Positions 1 through 9,979 of a stretch of DNA of 64,000 nucleotides are shown here, in pieces; the stretch's first letter is position 1; every line of letters starts with the position of its first letter. The notes beneath the pieces were generated by a model. The model searched no databases. It had not been told where the DNA came from and saw nothing but the letters and a program-made list of their open reading frames with translations. Made by a program: the position numbers and the translations under genes. Origin of the DNA: an uncultured Candidatus Saccharibacteria bacterium (GTDB lineage: Bacteria; Patescibacteriota; Minisyncoccia; Phycocordibacterales; UBA9973); the NCBI GenBank assembly GCA_964441495.1, contig CAYTXV010000001.1, forward strand, positions 58,851 to 122,850, written 5' to 3'.

Positions 1-2955
1 CATTTCTCCGAAGCGCTGACCACCACCTTGTGCCTTACCACCGAGTGGTTGCTGGGTGATGAGTGAGTATGGTCCGATCGAACGCATGTGGATCTTGTCT
101 TCGACCATGTGGTGCAGTTTGAGGATGTACATGTATCCAACTGCGATGTCTTGTTCGTACTTCTCACCGGTTCGTCCGTCATAGAGTGGTACGAGTCCTG
201 TTTCTGGAAGTCCTGCAGCCTTGAGCTCTGCCTTGATCTCAGCATCGGTTGCACCACTAAATGGTGGAACGATCGCCTGATAGCCGAGCTCGTGCGCAGC
301 AAGTCCGAGGTGAATCTCAAGGATCTGTCCGAGGTTCATACGTGATGGGACACCGAGCGGTGTGAGTACCACATCAACCGGCTTACCATCTGCGGTATAT
401 GGCATGTCTTCTTCTGGGAGCACGACTGAGATGACACCTTTGTTTCCGTGTCGTCCTGCGAGCTTGTCTCCGACTGAGATGTTACGCAGCTGTGCAACTT
501 CGATAACGATCTTTTTGAGGACGCCTGATTCGAGACTATCTCCACGTTCTCGTGAGAACACTTTGACACGGATCACGCGACCACGCTTGCCGTGATCCAT
601 CTTGAGTGAAGTATCTTTGACGTCACGAGCCTTCTCCGCAAAGATAGATCGCAAGAGTCGCTCTTCTGGGGTAAGTTCAGTCTCACCCTTTGGTGTGATT
701 TTGCCGACCAGGATATCTCCTTCTTTGATTTCTGCACCGACACGGATGATACCTTCTTCGTCGAGGTCTTTGAGGCGAGCTTCACCAACGTTGGGGATAT
801 CACGAGTCGTGATCTCTGGACCAAGCTTGGTATCGCGAACCACACAGGTAAACTCTGCGATATAGATAGAAGTGAACTTTGAGTCTTTGATGAGTCGCTC
901 TGAGAGGATGATCGCGTCTTCGAAGTTTGCACCGTTCCATGACATGAACGCAACGCGCATGTTTTGACCGATTGCGATTTGCCCTTGATCGGTTGTTGAA
1001 GTATCTGCGAGGAGTTCGCCCTTTTTAACCTTTTGTCCGAGAGACACAACAGGACGCTGATGAAATGCACTAAACGCATTGGTTCGCTGGAAGTTTACGA
1101 GTGTGTATGTGTGGTCTTTGCCAGTCTTGTCTGATTTGACTGTGATTTTCTTGGCATCGACAGCAACAACTTCACCCGCTTCTTCTGCCATCACGAGACG
1201 GCCTGAGTATGGCGCTGCGAGTTCTTCCATACCAGTTGCAACGAGTGGTGCTTCTGGACGGATGAGTGGGACAGCTTGCTTTTGCATGTTACTTCCCATG
1301 AGCGCACGGTTTGCGTCATTGTGTTCGAGGAATGGCACCATGTTGGTTGCAACAGAAAATGCTTGACTTGGTGCGACATCGATGAAGTCAACTTCGTTTT
1401 TGGAAACGATGCCTGGTGATGTACGGATACGTGCTTCGACACGATCAGGAAGTGCACTACCGTCCTGACGCATCCCCGCGTGTGCGATGATGTAGCGCTC
1501 TTCTTCGGCAGCGTTGAGATACACGATCTCGTCAGTGATCTTGCCGTTTTTGACTTTGGCATACGGAGTCTCGATCACACCAAACTCGTTCACACGTGCA
1601 TAGATAGAGAGGCGCAAGATAAGTCCGATGTTTGGACCTTCTGGAGTATGGATCGGACACACACGTCCGTAGTGAGAGGTGTGTACGTCACGCACTTCGA
1701 GTGTTGCACGCTCACGAGTGAGTCCTCCGGGACCAAGCGCAGACACAGTACGAAGTTCCTCGATTTCTGAGAGGATGTTGTCCTGCTGCATGAACTGTGA
1801 GAGCTGGTTGGTCGTAAAGAATTCTTTGATACGAGCCTGCAGTGGTCGCTGGTTCACAACCTGGATCGGGAGCGCATTTGCAGTATCGATCGTACTCATA
1901 CGATCTTGCACGTTACGCTTGATCTGTGTGAAGCCCATGTGAATCTTGGCCTGGAGCATTTCACCGACAAATCGTACACGTCGTGATCCCAAGTGATCGA
2001 TATCGTCTGCGCGTGAACCAGGAGTTGTGTTGAGCGTGATGATGTGGCTCACGATCACTGCGATGTCTGCTGCAGAAAGTGTCTTGCGCGCCATTTCCTT
2101 GTCAGACATGTCGAGCTGGAAACGGTTGTTGAAACGAAACCGTCCAACAGATGAGAGATCGTAGCGCTCTTCACCAAAGAGTGTCTGGACGAACTCACGT
2201 GCGTTTTCTGCGTTGGCGAGGTCGCCATCACGGAGTTTGCGGTAGATTTCGATAAATGCGTTTGTTTGATCTTTGATTGCGTCCTTTTCGATAGCGTGTT
2301 TGATGACGTTTTGGATAGTGTCTCCTTTAAACTGCTTGAGGATAGAAGCATCATCTGCAAGTCCGAGTGCACGCAACAGCGTGATCACCGAAAACTTCTT
2401 TTTCTTGTCGATACGGACAAAGACTTCTCCTGAAGGATCACTTTCGAGTTCGATCCATACACCACGGTTTGGGATGATCTTTGCACCAAAGTAGCGCTTG
2501 CCTTTGATTTCAAGGTCGGTAAAGAACACACCACTTGAACGTTGGAGTTGCGGGATGATCGAGCGCTCAACACCGTTGATGATGAAGGTGCCGTGCGGTG
2601 TCATCACCGGGATGTCAGAGAGAAAGATTTCTTGCTCTTTTTCTGAGCCATTTTGTTTGTTGGTGAGTTTGATGCGTGCCTTGAGCTGTGTTTCGAGGGA
2701 GAGTTTGTTTTCCTTGGCATAGTGCTCGTCGTATGTTGGCGGCGTCAAATGAAACGATACGAGATCGAGCTGAAACTTTTTGCCAGAATAGTCGTTGATC
2801 GGGGTGAACTCTTTAAAGACTTCTTTGAGACCCTTTTCGATCAACCAGTTGTAACTGTCGATCTGGTGCTGGATAAGATTAGGAAATTCGACCAATGGTT
2901 CTTTGTACTTCGAAAAATACTTTTTTGGACGTGCTGAGGACTTGGATTTACTCAT
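1..2955 (-). CDS. rpoB: DNA-directed RNA polymerase subunit beta (3' end runs off the window)
   Basis: Manual translation begins MSKSKSSARPKKYFSKYKEPLVEFPNLIQHQIDSYNWL and reaches the conserved LHHMVEDKIHMRSIGPYSLITQQPLGGKAQGGGQRFGEM at the window edge. It is missing from the ORF track because no stop codon lies in the window. Confidence 0.98.
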   Translation of the reverse strand, partial: MSKSKSSARPKKYFSKYKEPLVEFPNLIQHQIDSYNWLIEKGLKEVFKEFTPINDYSGKKFQLDLVSFHLTPPTYDEHYAKENKLSLETQLKARIKLTNKQNGSEKEQEIFLSDIPVMTPHGTFIINGVERSIIPQLQRSSGVFFTDLEIKGKRYFGAKIIPNRGVWIELESDPSGEVFVRIDKKKKFSVITLLRALGLADDASILKQFKGDTIQNVIKHAIEKDAIKDQTNAFIEIYRKLRDGDLANAENAREFVQTLFGEERYDLSSVGRFRFNNRFQLDMSDKEMARKTLSAADIAVIVSHIITLNTTPGSRADDIDHLGSRRVRFVGEMLQAKIHMGFTQIKRNVQDRMSTIDTANALPIQVVNQRPLQARIKEFFTTNQLSQFMQQDNILSEIEELRTVSALGPGGLTRERATLEVRDVHTSHYGRVCPIHTPEGPNIGLILRLSIYARVNEFGVIETPYAKVKNGKITDEIVYLNAAEEERYIIAHAGMRQDGSALPDRVEARIRTSPGIVSKNEVDFIDVAPSQAFSVATNMVPFLEHNDANRALMGSNMQKQAVPLIRPEAPLVATGMEELAAPYSGRLVMAEEAGEVVAVDAKKITVKSDKTGKDHTYTLVNFQRTNAFSAFHQRPVVSLGQKVKKGELLADTSTTDQGQIAIGQNMRVAFMSWNGANFEDAIILSERLIKDSKFTSIYIAEFTCVVRDTKLGPEITTRDIPNVGEARLKDLDEEGIIRVGAEIKEGDILVGKITPKGETELTPEERLLRSIFAEKARDVKDTSLKMDHGKRGRVIRVKVFSRERGDSLESGVLKKIVIEVAQLRNISVGDKLAGRHGNKGVISVVLPEEDMPYTADGKPVDVVLTPLGVPSRMNLGQILEIHLGLAAHELGYQAIVPPFSGATDAEIKAELKAAGLPETGLVPLYDGRTGEKYEQDIAVGYMYILKLHHMVEDKIHMRSIGPYSLITQQPLGGKAQGGGQRFGEM

Positions 2956-3075
2956 AAACAGTAGGTATGTAAACGCAAAAATCGCCGATGCTCTGTGCGA
3001 GCATGGCTTACTGATAAACTCTCCTAATAAAATACAGACGACAACCGCAACTCTTCCGGAAACTGTAGGAACTGC

Positions 3076-3104
3076 AGTATAGTAAAAAAGCCTTATATTG
3101 TCAA
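3076..3104 (-). promoter_or_regulatory. sigma70-type promoter for rpoB
   Basis: TTGACA-17 nt-TATACT on the minus strand. Confidence 0.75.
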
Positions 3105-3155
3105 ATAAAAAGGCCCCCTGTATCAAAACAGGAGACCTATATTTACTGAACCCAA

Positions 3156-3347
3156 TTACCATTTCTCAAAATCTGCCTCTACAAACCCTCCAGGATAAAG
3201 TTCTTTTTTATCCTCTTCACCTTTTTTCGTTTGATTTTCACTAAATTCTTCTTTGTTTGGTGAAAGTGTTTGTAGTACTGGTGGCGCAGATTTTTGTTGC
3301 CCAAGTAAGTCCTCAAGCAACTTTTTTCTTTTTTTATCTTTTTGCAT
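3156..3347 (-). CDS. small AT-rich hypothetical protein
   Basis: ORF MQKDKKRKK...DFEKW. It has its own TTGACT-17-TACAAT promoter (3382-3410) and a downstream hairpin with a U-tract. Confidence 0.5.
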   Translation of the reverse strand: MQKDKKRKKLLEDLLGQQKSAPPVLQTLSPNKEEFSENQTKKGEEDKKELYPGGFVEADFEKW

Positions 3348-3414
3348 AACCAATATTTAAAGTACTACAATATTGTATGGTATTGTACCTTATTTATAAT
3401 AATAAGTCAAGTTT

Positions 3415-4059
3415 TTACTTCTGCTGCTCTTTTCTCCACTCATCTATCTTTTTGTGGTCTCCCTGGACGAGGACTTTGGGAACTTTGTACGTTTTGCCTT
3501 TGTATACGAGGGTTTCTGGGCGCGTATAGACCCGAGGGCTTGCGATACGGTTCTCCTCGACACTCTCGCCTTTGCCGAGTACTCCTGGTATCTGGCGAGC
3601 TATAGCGTCTGTTATCGCAAGCGCTGGGAGCTCTCCACCGGTGAGTGTGTACGGGCCGATACTATACTCGTCCGCCTTGAGTATCTTGCGCACTCTGTCG
3701 TCTACCCCTTCGTAGCGACCACAGACAAACACGACGTCTGAGTATGTCTTTGCCATCTTTTTGGCGGCTACATTGTCAAAGAGTTTGCCGCTCGGTGAGA
3801 GCTGGATCACCTTGACCTTGCCACCCTTTTTCATCTTGAGCTTCTCATATGCGCGTAGGATCGGCTCTGCAGTCATCACCATACCTGGACCACCGCCGTA
3901 TGGACGCTCATCAGTCTTGTTGTGTCTATCTTTTGAAAAGTCCCGGATGTTTTTGACATCAAATGAGACAAGTTTGCTTTCCCCTGCCCGCTTGAGTATA
4001 GACTCGCCGATATACGAATGGATCATCTCTGGAAAGATTGTGAGAAAGTGGAATTTCAT
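3415..4059 (-). CDS. trmD: tRNA (guanine37-N1)-methyltransferase
   Basis: Motifs LTIFPE, DERPYGGGPGMVM, CGRYEGVDDRV, YSIGPYTLTGGELPA. Confidence 0.98.
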   Translation of the reverse strand: MKFHFLTIFPEMIHSYIGESILKRAGESKLVSFDVKNIRDFSKDRHNKTDERPYGGGPGMVMTAEPILRAYEKLKMKKGGKVKVIQLSPSGKLFDNVAAKKMAKTYSDVVFVCGRYEGVDDRVRKILKADEYSIGPYTLTGGELPALAITDAIARQIPGVLGKGESVEENRIASPRVYTRPETLVYKGKTYKVPKVLVQGDHKKIDEWRKEQQK

Positions 4060-4136
4060 AGTACAACAATACAATATTTTGAGATTTAGTCAAAATAAAA
4101 AGGACATTTTTCAATGTCCTTAACTAAGGTTTAGTC

Positions 4137-4289
4137 TTAGGCAAAAAGTATATACAGAATAGCTCCGACGATAACACAGATCCACTGATATAGCCAGTAA
4201 CGTAAAGGCTCGCGCACTTTTGTATCGCCTTGTACATAATCTTTTGCAAAAAACAAACCTATGATCGGCAGAAACTTTAATTGTTTCAT
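4137..4289 (-). CDS. small AT-rich putative membrane peptide (50 aa)
   Basis: Manual translation MKQLKFLPIIGLFFAKDYVQGDTKVREPLRYWLYQWICVIVGAILYILFA*, followed by a terminator-like hairpin at about 4094-4121. Confidence 0.4.
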   Translation of the reverse strand: MKQLKFLPIIGLFFAKDYVQGDTKVREPLRYWLYQWICVIVGAILYILFA

Positions 4290-4547
4290 AGTTTTTCTTT
4301 ATATAACCACAAATTATACAAAAACAAAAAACCGGGTATATGTCCATCCAATACGATAAATGGTGTACATATCCCGGGTTTTCGAATTCTCTCTTGAATT
4401 TGTGCCTACGATAACGGCCGCGCCCACCGTTTAAATTTTGCTCTGTAAAAGCATGAAGAAATCTAGGAAGTGCACAAAAACAGCCGAAGAAAGAACTTCT
4501 AAATCGATCTGCTTAGTTTATAGCAAATTTAAAATAAATGTCAAGTA

Positions 4548-4853
4548 TTAGAGATCCTTGAGGTCTGCCATCGCGTCATCGAGGTCTGCGACGTCTGGCT
4601 GGCCTTTGTAGCCTGCTGGCTCGTTGATCTTGAGGTTTACCCGAGCATTGTGCTTCATACCCACGACACGCAGGAGGGTGCGGATGGCCTTTGCAGTGTT
4701 GCCCTGGCGGCCGATGATCTTGCCCATATCGACCGGGTTGACTGAGAGCGTCAGGAGTACCCCCATCTCATCCACTGTCCTATCGATGACGACATCGGCA
4801 GGGTTATCTACGAGCGCTTTTACCACGAGTTCTAGAAATTCTTTGTCAGACAT
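4548..4853 (-). CDS. khpA: KH-domain RNA-binding protein (KhpA/YlqC family)
   Basis: DMGKIIGRQGNTAKAIRTLL KH motif; lies in the conserved rpsP-KH-trmD gene order. Confidence 0.93.
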   Translation of the reverse strand: MSDKEFLELVVKALVDNPADVVIDRTVDEMGVLLTLSVNPVDMGKIIGRQGNTAKAIRTLLRVVGMKHNARVNLKINEPAGYKGQPDVADLDDAMADLKDL

Positions 4854-4975
4854 AATGCTTCACTCAATTGAATCCAGTAATAACAGATCTCAGTATATCA
4901 TAGCAAAACACACAATTTCTGAGTGTCTGGTGAACTGACCCGAGGACCGAAGAAATTGTGTGTTTTGCGGAGATA

Positions 4976-5281
4976 TTATTTTTTCTTTGCTTCCTTGCGC
5001 TTGACGGTTGGAGATTTCTTGGAAAGCACGTTCTTCTTTTTACCTTCTACTATCCCTGCCTTGACAAGCATGTTGTGCGCTGTTGGAGAGACCTGTGCAC
5101 CCATTTTGATCCAGTGCTGGATGCGCTCTTTGCTGAAAGAAACAGCATCGTTTTTGACAGTGTGAGAGCCGAGGATCTCGAGGAACTTGCCACTTTGCGC
5201 TGCGTTTTTGTGATCGGTCACCACCAAGCGAAAAGCTGGTTCGTTTTTGCGTCCGATACGTTGTAGTCTGATCTTTAACAT
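4976..5281 (-). CDS. rpsP: 30S ribosomal protein S16
   Basis: MLKIRLQRIGRKNEPAFRLVVTD...GAQVSPTA. Confidence 0.98.
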   Translation of the reverse strand: MLKIRLQRIGRKNEPAFRLVVTDHKNAAQSGKFLEILGSHTVKNDAVSFSKERIQHWIKMGAQVSPTAHNMLVKAGIVEGKKKNVLSKKSPTVKRKEAKKK

Positions 5282-5347
5282 GTAGGCACGATAATAGCAG
5301 GGATTGTCAGATTATGCAATACAAAGACCTCATGTTAAAGTGTTTCC

Positions 5348-7279
5348 ATGGAAAACGTCTCTGTCGGGGCTGAGTATGAGGGCTCGATCAATATTTCAAC
5401 CAAAGGTATCGGCTTTGTAAAGATCCGCGATCTCAAGATCGCGATAGAAGTCCCTCGCGAAGCACTCAATCGCGCATTTCATGGTGACACAGTACGTGTA
5501 GAGGTGACCGAACTTGCAAATGCGAACCACGAAAACCCCTATGGCAAAGTGGTAGACATCACCCGCCGTGCAAAGGTTGGCTACTCTGGCACGCTCAGTT
5601 TCGAACAAGGCGCGCACTGTATCGTCACTAACGACGGTCGTATGTACACACCGATCACGATCCCACAGGAGAAACTCGGTGGTGCAAAGCAGGGTGACAA
5701 AGTGTTCTGCGCGATCACTGACTGGCCAGACCCGATGAGCTCTCCGACAGGTGAAGTCGTCAAAGTGCTCGGTAAGCCGCTCGAGAACAACGCCGAGATG
5801 CTCTCACTCGCACTCGAAAAGGGATTTGATAGCGACTACCCTCCTGCGGTTGCTGCAGAAGCTACTGCGATCAAAGCGCACGGCATAACTCCTGACGAAA
5901 TCGCACACCGCCGCGACTTTCGCCAGATCACAACGTTTACGATCGACCCCGAAGACGCCAAAGACTTTGATGATGCGATATCAGTACAGTTCTTGGATGA
6001 TGGCAAAGTAGAAATCGGTATACACATCGCAGATGTCTCGCACTACGTGCGTCCTGATACTGCGCTCGATGCAGAAGCGTACCGACGCGCGACAAGTGTC
6101 TACCTCGTCGACCGCACAATACCCATGCTCCCCGAAGCACTCTCGAACGACATGTGCTCACTCAACCCTGATGTCGACCGACTCACCATGTCTGCAGTGT
6201 TTATCATCGACAAAGACATGAAGATCGTCGATGAATGGTATGGCAAGACAGTCATACACTCACACCAGCGCTTCACATACGAGGGTGCACAAAAAGTACT
6301 CGATACAAAAGAAGGACCATTTTTGAAAGAGCTTGAAGCAGCGCTCAAGATTGCACAACACCTCGAAAAGGAACGCTTCAACAATGGCGCGATGGTGCTT
6401 GATACTGTCGAAGTGAAATTTAAACTCGATGAACACGGCGTACCGCTCTCTGCGTACGTCAAACAGCGCGGTCCGACACATCACATGATCGAGGAGCTCA
6501 TGCTCCTTGCCAACCGCAAAGTTGCAGAGTTCATCACCACTGGTGACAAAGACAACTCGCGCGTGTTCGTCTACCGCATCCACGATGCACCCGATCCAGA
6601 ACGTATGGAAGACCTCAAGGTGTTTCTCAAGCGTATGGGGTACACACTCCCTGTCGATGACGATGGCATCATCCCCGCGCGAGCGCTCAATGATCTCGTC
6701 CAGTCGCTCGATGGCAAACCAGAAAAGGAAACAATCCAAACCGCAATCGTCCGCTCAATGGCAAAAGCAATCTATAGCACCAAAAACATCGGTCACTATG
6801 GACTTGCATTTGAGTTTTACACTCACTTCACTTCTCCGATCCGTAGATACCCAGACACTGTCGTACATCGACTCCTCACCCACTACCTCGGCAACGGCAC
6901 CATCCCCAAAGAAATGTGGGAGTACTACGACAAAGTTTGCCAGCACTCATCAGTACGCGAAAAGGAAGCTGCAGATGCAGAACGTGCATCTATCAAATAC
7001 AAGCAGGTTGAGTACATGTCGACTCGTGTAGGCAAAGTGTTTGATGGCACAATCACTGGCGTATCTCCAAACGGTATATTCATCGAAGAAAAAGAAACTC
7101 GGTGTGAAGGCATGGCACGACTGCGTGACCTCGGGAGTGATTTCTTTGAGTACAACGAAAAGGAACTTGCCATCGTTGGTCGCAAAACACGCAAAACATT
7201 TCGCATCGGTGACACTGTCAGGTTCAAAGTCAGCAATGCCGATATCGTGAAGCGATTACTTGATTATGTACTGGTATAA
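5348..7279 (+). CDS. rnr: ribonuclease R
   Basis: RNB motifs FTIDPEDAKDFDDAIS, HIADVSHYV, YTHFTSPIRRYPD; C-terminal S1 domain. Confidence 0.96.
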   Translation: MENVSVGAEYEGSINISTKGIGFVKIRDLKIAIEVPREALNRAFHGDTVRVEVTELANANHENPYGKVVDITRRAKVGYSGTLSFEQGAHCIVTNDGRMYTPITIPQEKLGGAKQGDKVFCAITDWPDPMSSPTGEVVKVLGKPLENNAEMLSLALEKGFDSDYPPAVAAEATAIKAHGITPDEIAHRRDFRQITTFTIDPEDAKDFDDAISVQFLDDGKVEIGIHIADVSHYVRPDTALDAEAYRRATSVYLVDRTIPMLPEALSNDMCSLNPDVDRLTMSAVFIIDKDMKIVDEWYGKTVIHSHQRFTYEGAQKVLDTKEGPFLKELEAALKIAQHLEKERFNNGAMVLDTVEVKFKLDEHGVPLSAYVKQRGPTHHMIEELMLLANRKVAEFITTGDKDNSRVFVYRIHDAPDPERMEDLKVFLKRMGYTLPVDDDGIIPARALNDLVQSLDGKPEKETIQTAIVRSMAKAIYSTKNIGHYGLAFEFYTHFTSPIRRYPDTVVHRLLTHYLGNGTIPKEMWEYYDKVCQHSSVREKEAADAERASIKYKQVEYMSTRVGKVFDGTITGVSPNGIFIEEKETRCEGMARLRDLGSDFFEYNEKELAIVGRKTRKTFRIGDTVRFKVSNADIVKRLLDYVLV

Positions 7280-7282
7280 CGT

Positions 7283-8290
7283 ATGCGGAGTATCGTTCGA
7301 TATGTAATCGGGTTTGTTGTGGTTGCAGGTATCATCGGTACCGGCGTGCTGTGGGCTGAAGCACCGACAAGTGTGTTTGTGCGTCCAGTACCCACTGACC
7401 AAAACATCACTATCGGATGGGTGGGTGACATGGTGCCAAGCACTGACACACTCTACAACAGAAGCGCGTTTGTATCTGTACAAGAAGAGCTCCAAAAACC
7501 AGATCTCATGATCGGCAACCTCGAAGGAACATTTGCACAAGAAGGACGCGTGGACAAATGTGTGTTTCTCGCCTCAGATCAATGCCACTCGTTTCGCGGA
7601 GATCTGTCGTTTGCATATGCACTCACAGATGCAGGATTTGATTTCGTCTCACTCGTCAACAACCACTCGTATGATTTCCTTGAGGAAGGACTTGCTGACA
7701 CTGAGCGTGTCCTGGATGAAGTAGGTATACCCTATATCTCACCAACCAAACCGACAACAAGCATCACCGTCAAAGACAAAACAGTTGGTATCCTTGGCCT
7801 TTCAAGTACTCCTCCTGCGCAGACGATCGCTGACTACGAATTTATTGCACGAGAAACACAGAGACTTTCACAAGAAAATGATTTTGTGATTGTTATCTTT
7901 CATGGAGGCGCAGAAGGTAGCGACAAGACAGCCGTCCCAAATACAACTGAGTACGTCGGTAGCGAAAATCGTGGTGACGTAGCTCAAGTCGCACGTGTTG
8001 CGATAGATGCAGGCGCGGATCTCGTACTCGGATCTGGACCACACGTACTTCGCAAGATAGAAACATATCAAAGCGCGCCCATCGCATATAGTCTGGGCAA
8101 CTTTGTCGGTGGACGAAGGCTCATCATGGGAGGAAGCCTTTCGATCTCTGGCATCTTTACCGCAACACTACAAAAGGATGGCCCTGCAACATATGATTTC
8201 GTCTCTGTACTCCTCGGACCGGATGGTATCCCAACTCTCGATCCGCTCGAACAAGGCAGATCGCTCATGCAGGAGCTTTCCAGAGAGTAA
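7283..8290 (+). CDS. CapA-family metallophosphoesterase
   Basis: Motifs VGD, GNLEG, NNHSYD, FHGG, GSGPHV, YSLGNF; N-terminal membrane anchor. Confidence 0.88.
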   Translation: MRSIVRYVIGFVVVAGIIGTGVLWAEAPTSVFVRPVPTDQNITIGWVGDMVPSTDTLYNRSAFVSVQEELQKPDLMIGNLEGTFAQEGRVDKCVFLASDQCHSFRGDLSFAYALTDAGFDFVSLVNNHSYDFLEEGLADTERVLDEVGIPYISPTKPTTSITVKDKTVGILGLSSTPPAQTIADYEFIARETQRLSQENDFVIVIFHGGAEGSDKTAVPNTTEYVGSENRGDVAQVARVAIDAGADLVLGSGPHVLRKIETYQSAPIAYSLGNFVGGRRLIMGGSLSISGIFTATLQKDGPATYDFVSVLLGPDGIPTLDPLEQGRSLMQELSRE

Positions 8291-8334
8291 ATTGCTCAGG
8301 GTTCTTGTTTGTGCTATCATAAGACGTTTCACCT

Positions 8335-8553
8335 ATGGCAAATATACTGCATCTCGTACAAATCATCTCAAGCATCGCGCTCATCGTTCTCGTACTCCTC
8401 CAACGGACACAGGGCGATACGAGTAGTTGGCTTGGTGGCGACAATAGTTCGTTTTTACAAACCAGACGCGGAGCTGAACGTTTCTTGTTCGTGCTCACGA
8501 TCATCGTCGCGGTTATCTTTGTCGGCGCAAGTCTTGCAGTCATCGTACTCTAA
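8335..8553 (+). CDS. secG: preprotein translocase subunit SecG
   Basis: Two hydrophobic helices; LVLLQ...LGG...TRRGAERFL pattern. Confidence 0.9.
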   Translation: MANILHLVQIISSIALIVLVLLQRTQGDTSSWLGGDNSSFLQTRRGAERFLFVLTIIVAVIFVGASLAVIVL

Positions 8554-8567
8554 TCCATAGGTCGTGT

Positions 8568-9977
8568 ATGTCGACCTTTTTTACATTCATCAAACAATAC
8601 AAACTTCCACCGCAGTTTGCTCGAGCAAAACTCTTTGCTCGTCCACTGACTTGGCAAGGACTCGTCCTATCGATCCTCTTTGCGCTCACGGTAATCGCAG
8701 GGTATGTATTTCTGATCACATTCAACGATAGGCTGCTCGTCAAAGTACCTGCGCACGGAGGCACACTGACTGAAGGAGTGATCGGCGCGCCACAGTTTAT
8801 CAACCCACTTCTAGCAACAACTGAGACGGACCAAACACTCACCACCCTTGTCTACTCAGGACTCATGCGCATAACTGCCGATGGGACTATCCAACCAGAC
8901 CTCGCCGAATCATATAGTGTCTCACCTGACGGACTTCGCTATACGTTTACACTCGCACCGAACCTCAAGTGGAGTGACGGCAAACCACTCACAAGTAGTG
9001 ATATCTCTTTTACATACGGACTCCTTGCCAAGACTGATCAGCTCTCCATGTGGCAAACGATCGCGATAGATACACCGACACCACAAACTGTAGTGATAAC
9101 ACTTCCCGCTCCTGATAGCACGTTCCTCAAGGAAACAACACTGAGGATACTGCCTGCACACCTGTGGAGCGATCTCCCGATAGAAGCACTCTCTGATAAC
9201 CCATATAACCTCCGTGGTGTTGGAAGTGGTCCGTGGCGTATCGCACATGTTGCGCAGACAAATGGTGTCACTTCAGAAATCACACTCAAACGCAACAAGC
9301 ACTACAACCATACCCACCCATATATCGACACATACCGATTTGCGTTTTTTGCAAATCAAACAGCGCTGCAAAATGCACTTCTTGATACATCAATCGATAT
9401 GACCTTTGATGCAACGATCCCAACAGTACGTACACTTCCCAATAACTATCGTCTCAAACGAGTCGCGTCTCCAGACGTGTACAGTATCTTTGCACAACAG
9501 GGCGCACTCTCTGAGCAGATAGTTGCCCGTGCACAAGAATCGATTGACAAAGACACCATCCTTGCTATAGTAGAAAGCGGTTATGTGGAAGCTCCTGTAG
9601 CATCCAACCCTCCTCTAGACTCCTCGTTCTCTCTTGCAGTAGAAAATGATCCTTCACTTCTTGCGCTTGCTCGAGCACTCAAAGAAACGCTCGCGACTGC
9701 TGGGATTGATCTAACTATCAAAGCATTTGATTACGGTATCTTTGAGGATGGTATACAGCGCCAACAGTATCCAATCATCCTTGCAGCACGTGCACCCCTT
9801 GGATACAAGACTGTCGTCCCACTCTATACAAAATCATATCTTTTGGTACACGACAGCGATATAACAATCACTACTCCAGAAATCCTTACCAGTCCAACTG
9901 ACCGCTATCGCGATACGAGTACCTGGTATGTGAGATACAACAAAGTCTGGCGTATCTTTGCAAACAATAATCGATAA
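8568..9977 (+). CDS. ABC transporter substrate-binding protein, family 5 (peptide/nickel)
   Basis: GGTLTEG...INPLL...LVYSGL...PDLAESYSVSPDGLRYTFTL...WSDGKPLT; GSGPW. Confidence 0.88.
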   Translation: MSTFFTFIKQYKLPPQFARAKLFARPLTWQGLVLSILFALTVIAGYVFLITFNDRLLVKVPAHGGTLTEGVIGAPQFINPLLATTETDQTLTTLVYSGLMRITADGTIQPDLAESYSVSPDGLRYTFTLAPNLKWSDGKPLTSSDISFTYGLLAKTDQLSMWQTIAIDTPTPQTVVITLPAPDSTFLKETTLRILPAHLWSDLPIEALSDNPYNLRGVGSGPWRIAHVAQTNGVTSEITLKRNKHYNHTHPYIDTYRFAFFANQTALQNALLDTSIDMTFDATIPTVRTLPNNYRLKRVASPDVYSIFAQQGALSEQIVARAQESIDKDTILAIVESGYVEAPVASNPPLDSSFSLAVENDPSLLALARALKETLATAGIDLTIKAFDYGIFEDGIQRQQYPIILAARAPLGYKTVVPLYTKSYLLVHDSDITITTPEILTSPTDRYRDTSTWYVRYNKVWRIFANNNR

Positions 9978-9979
9978 CT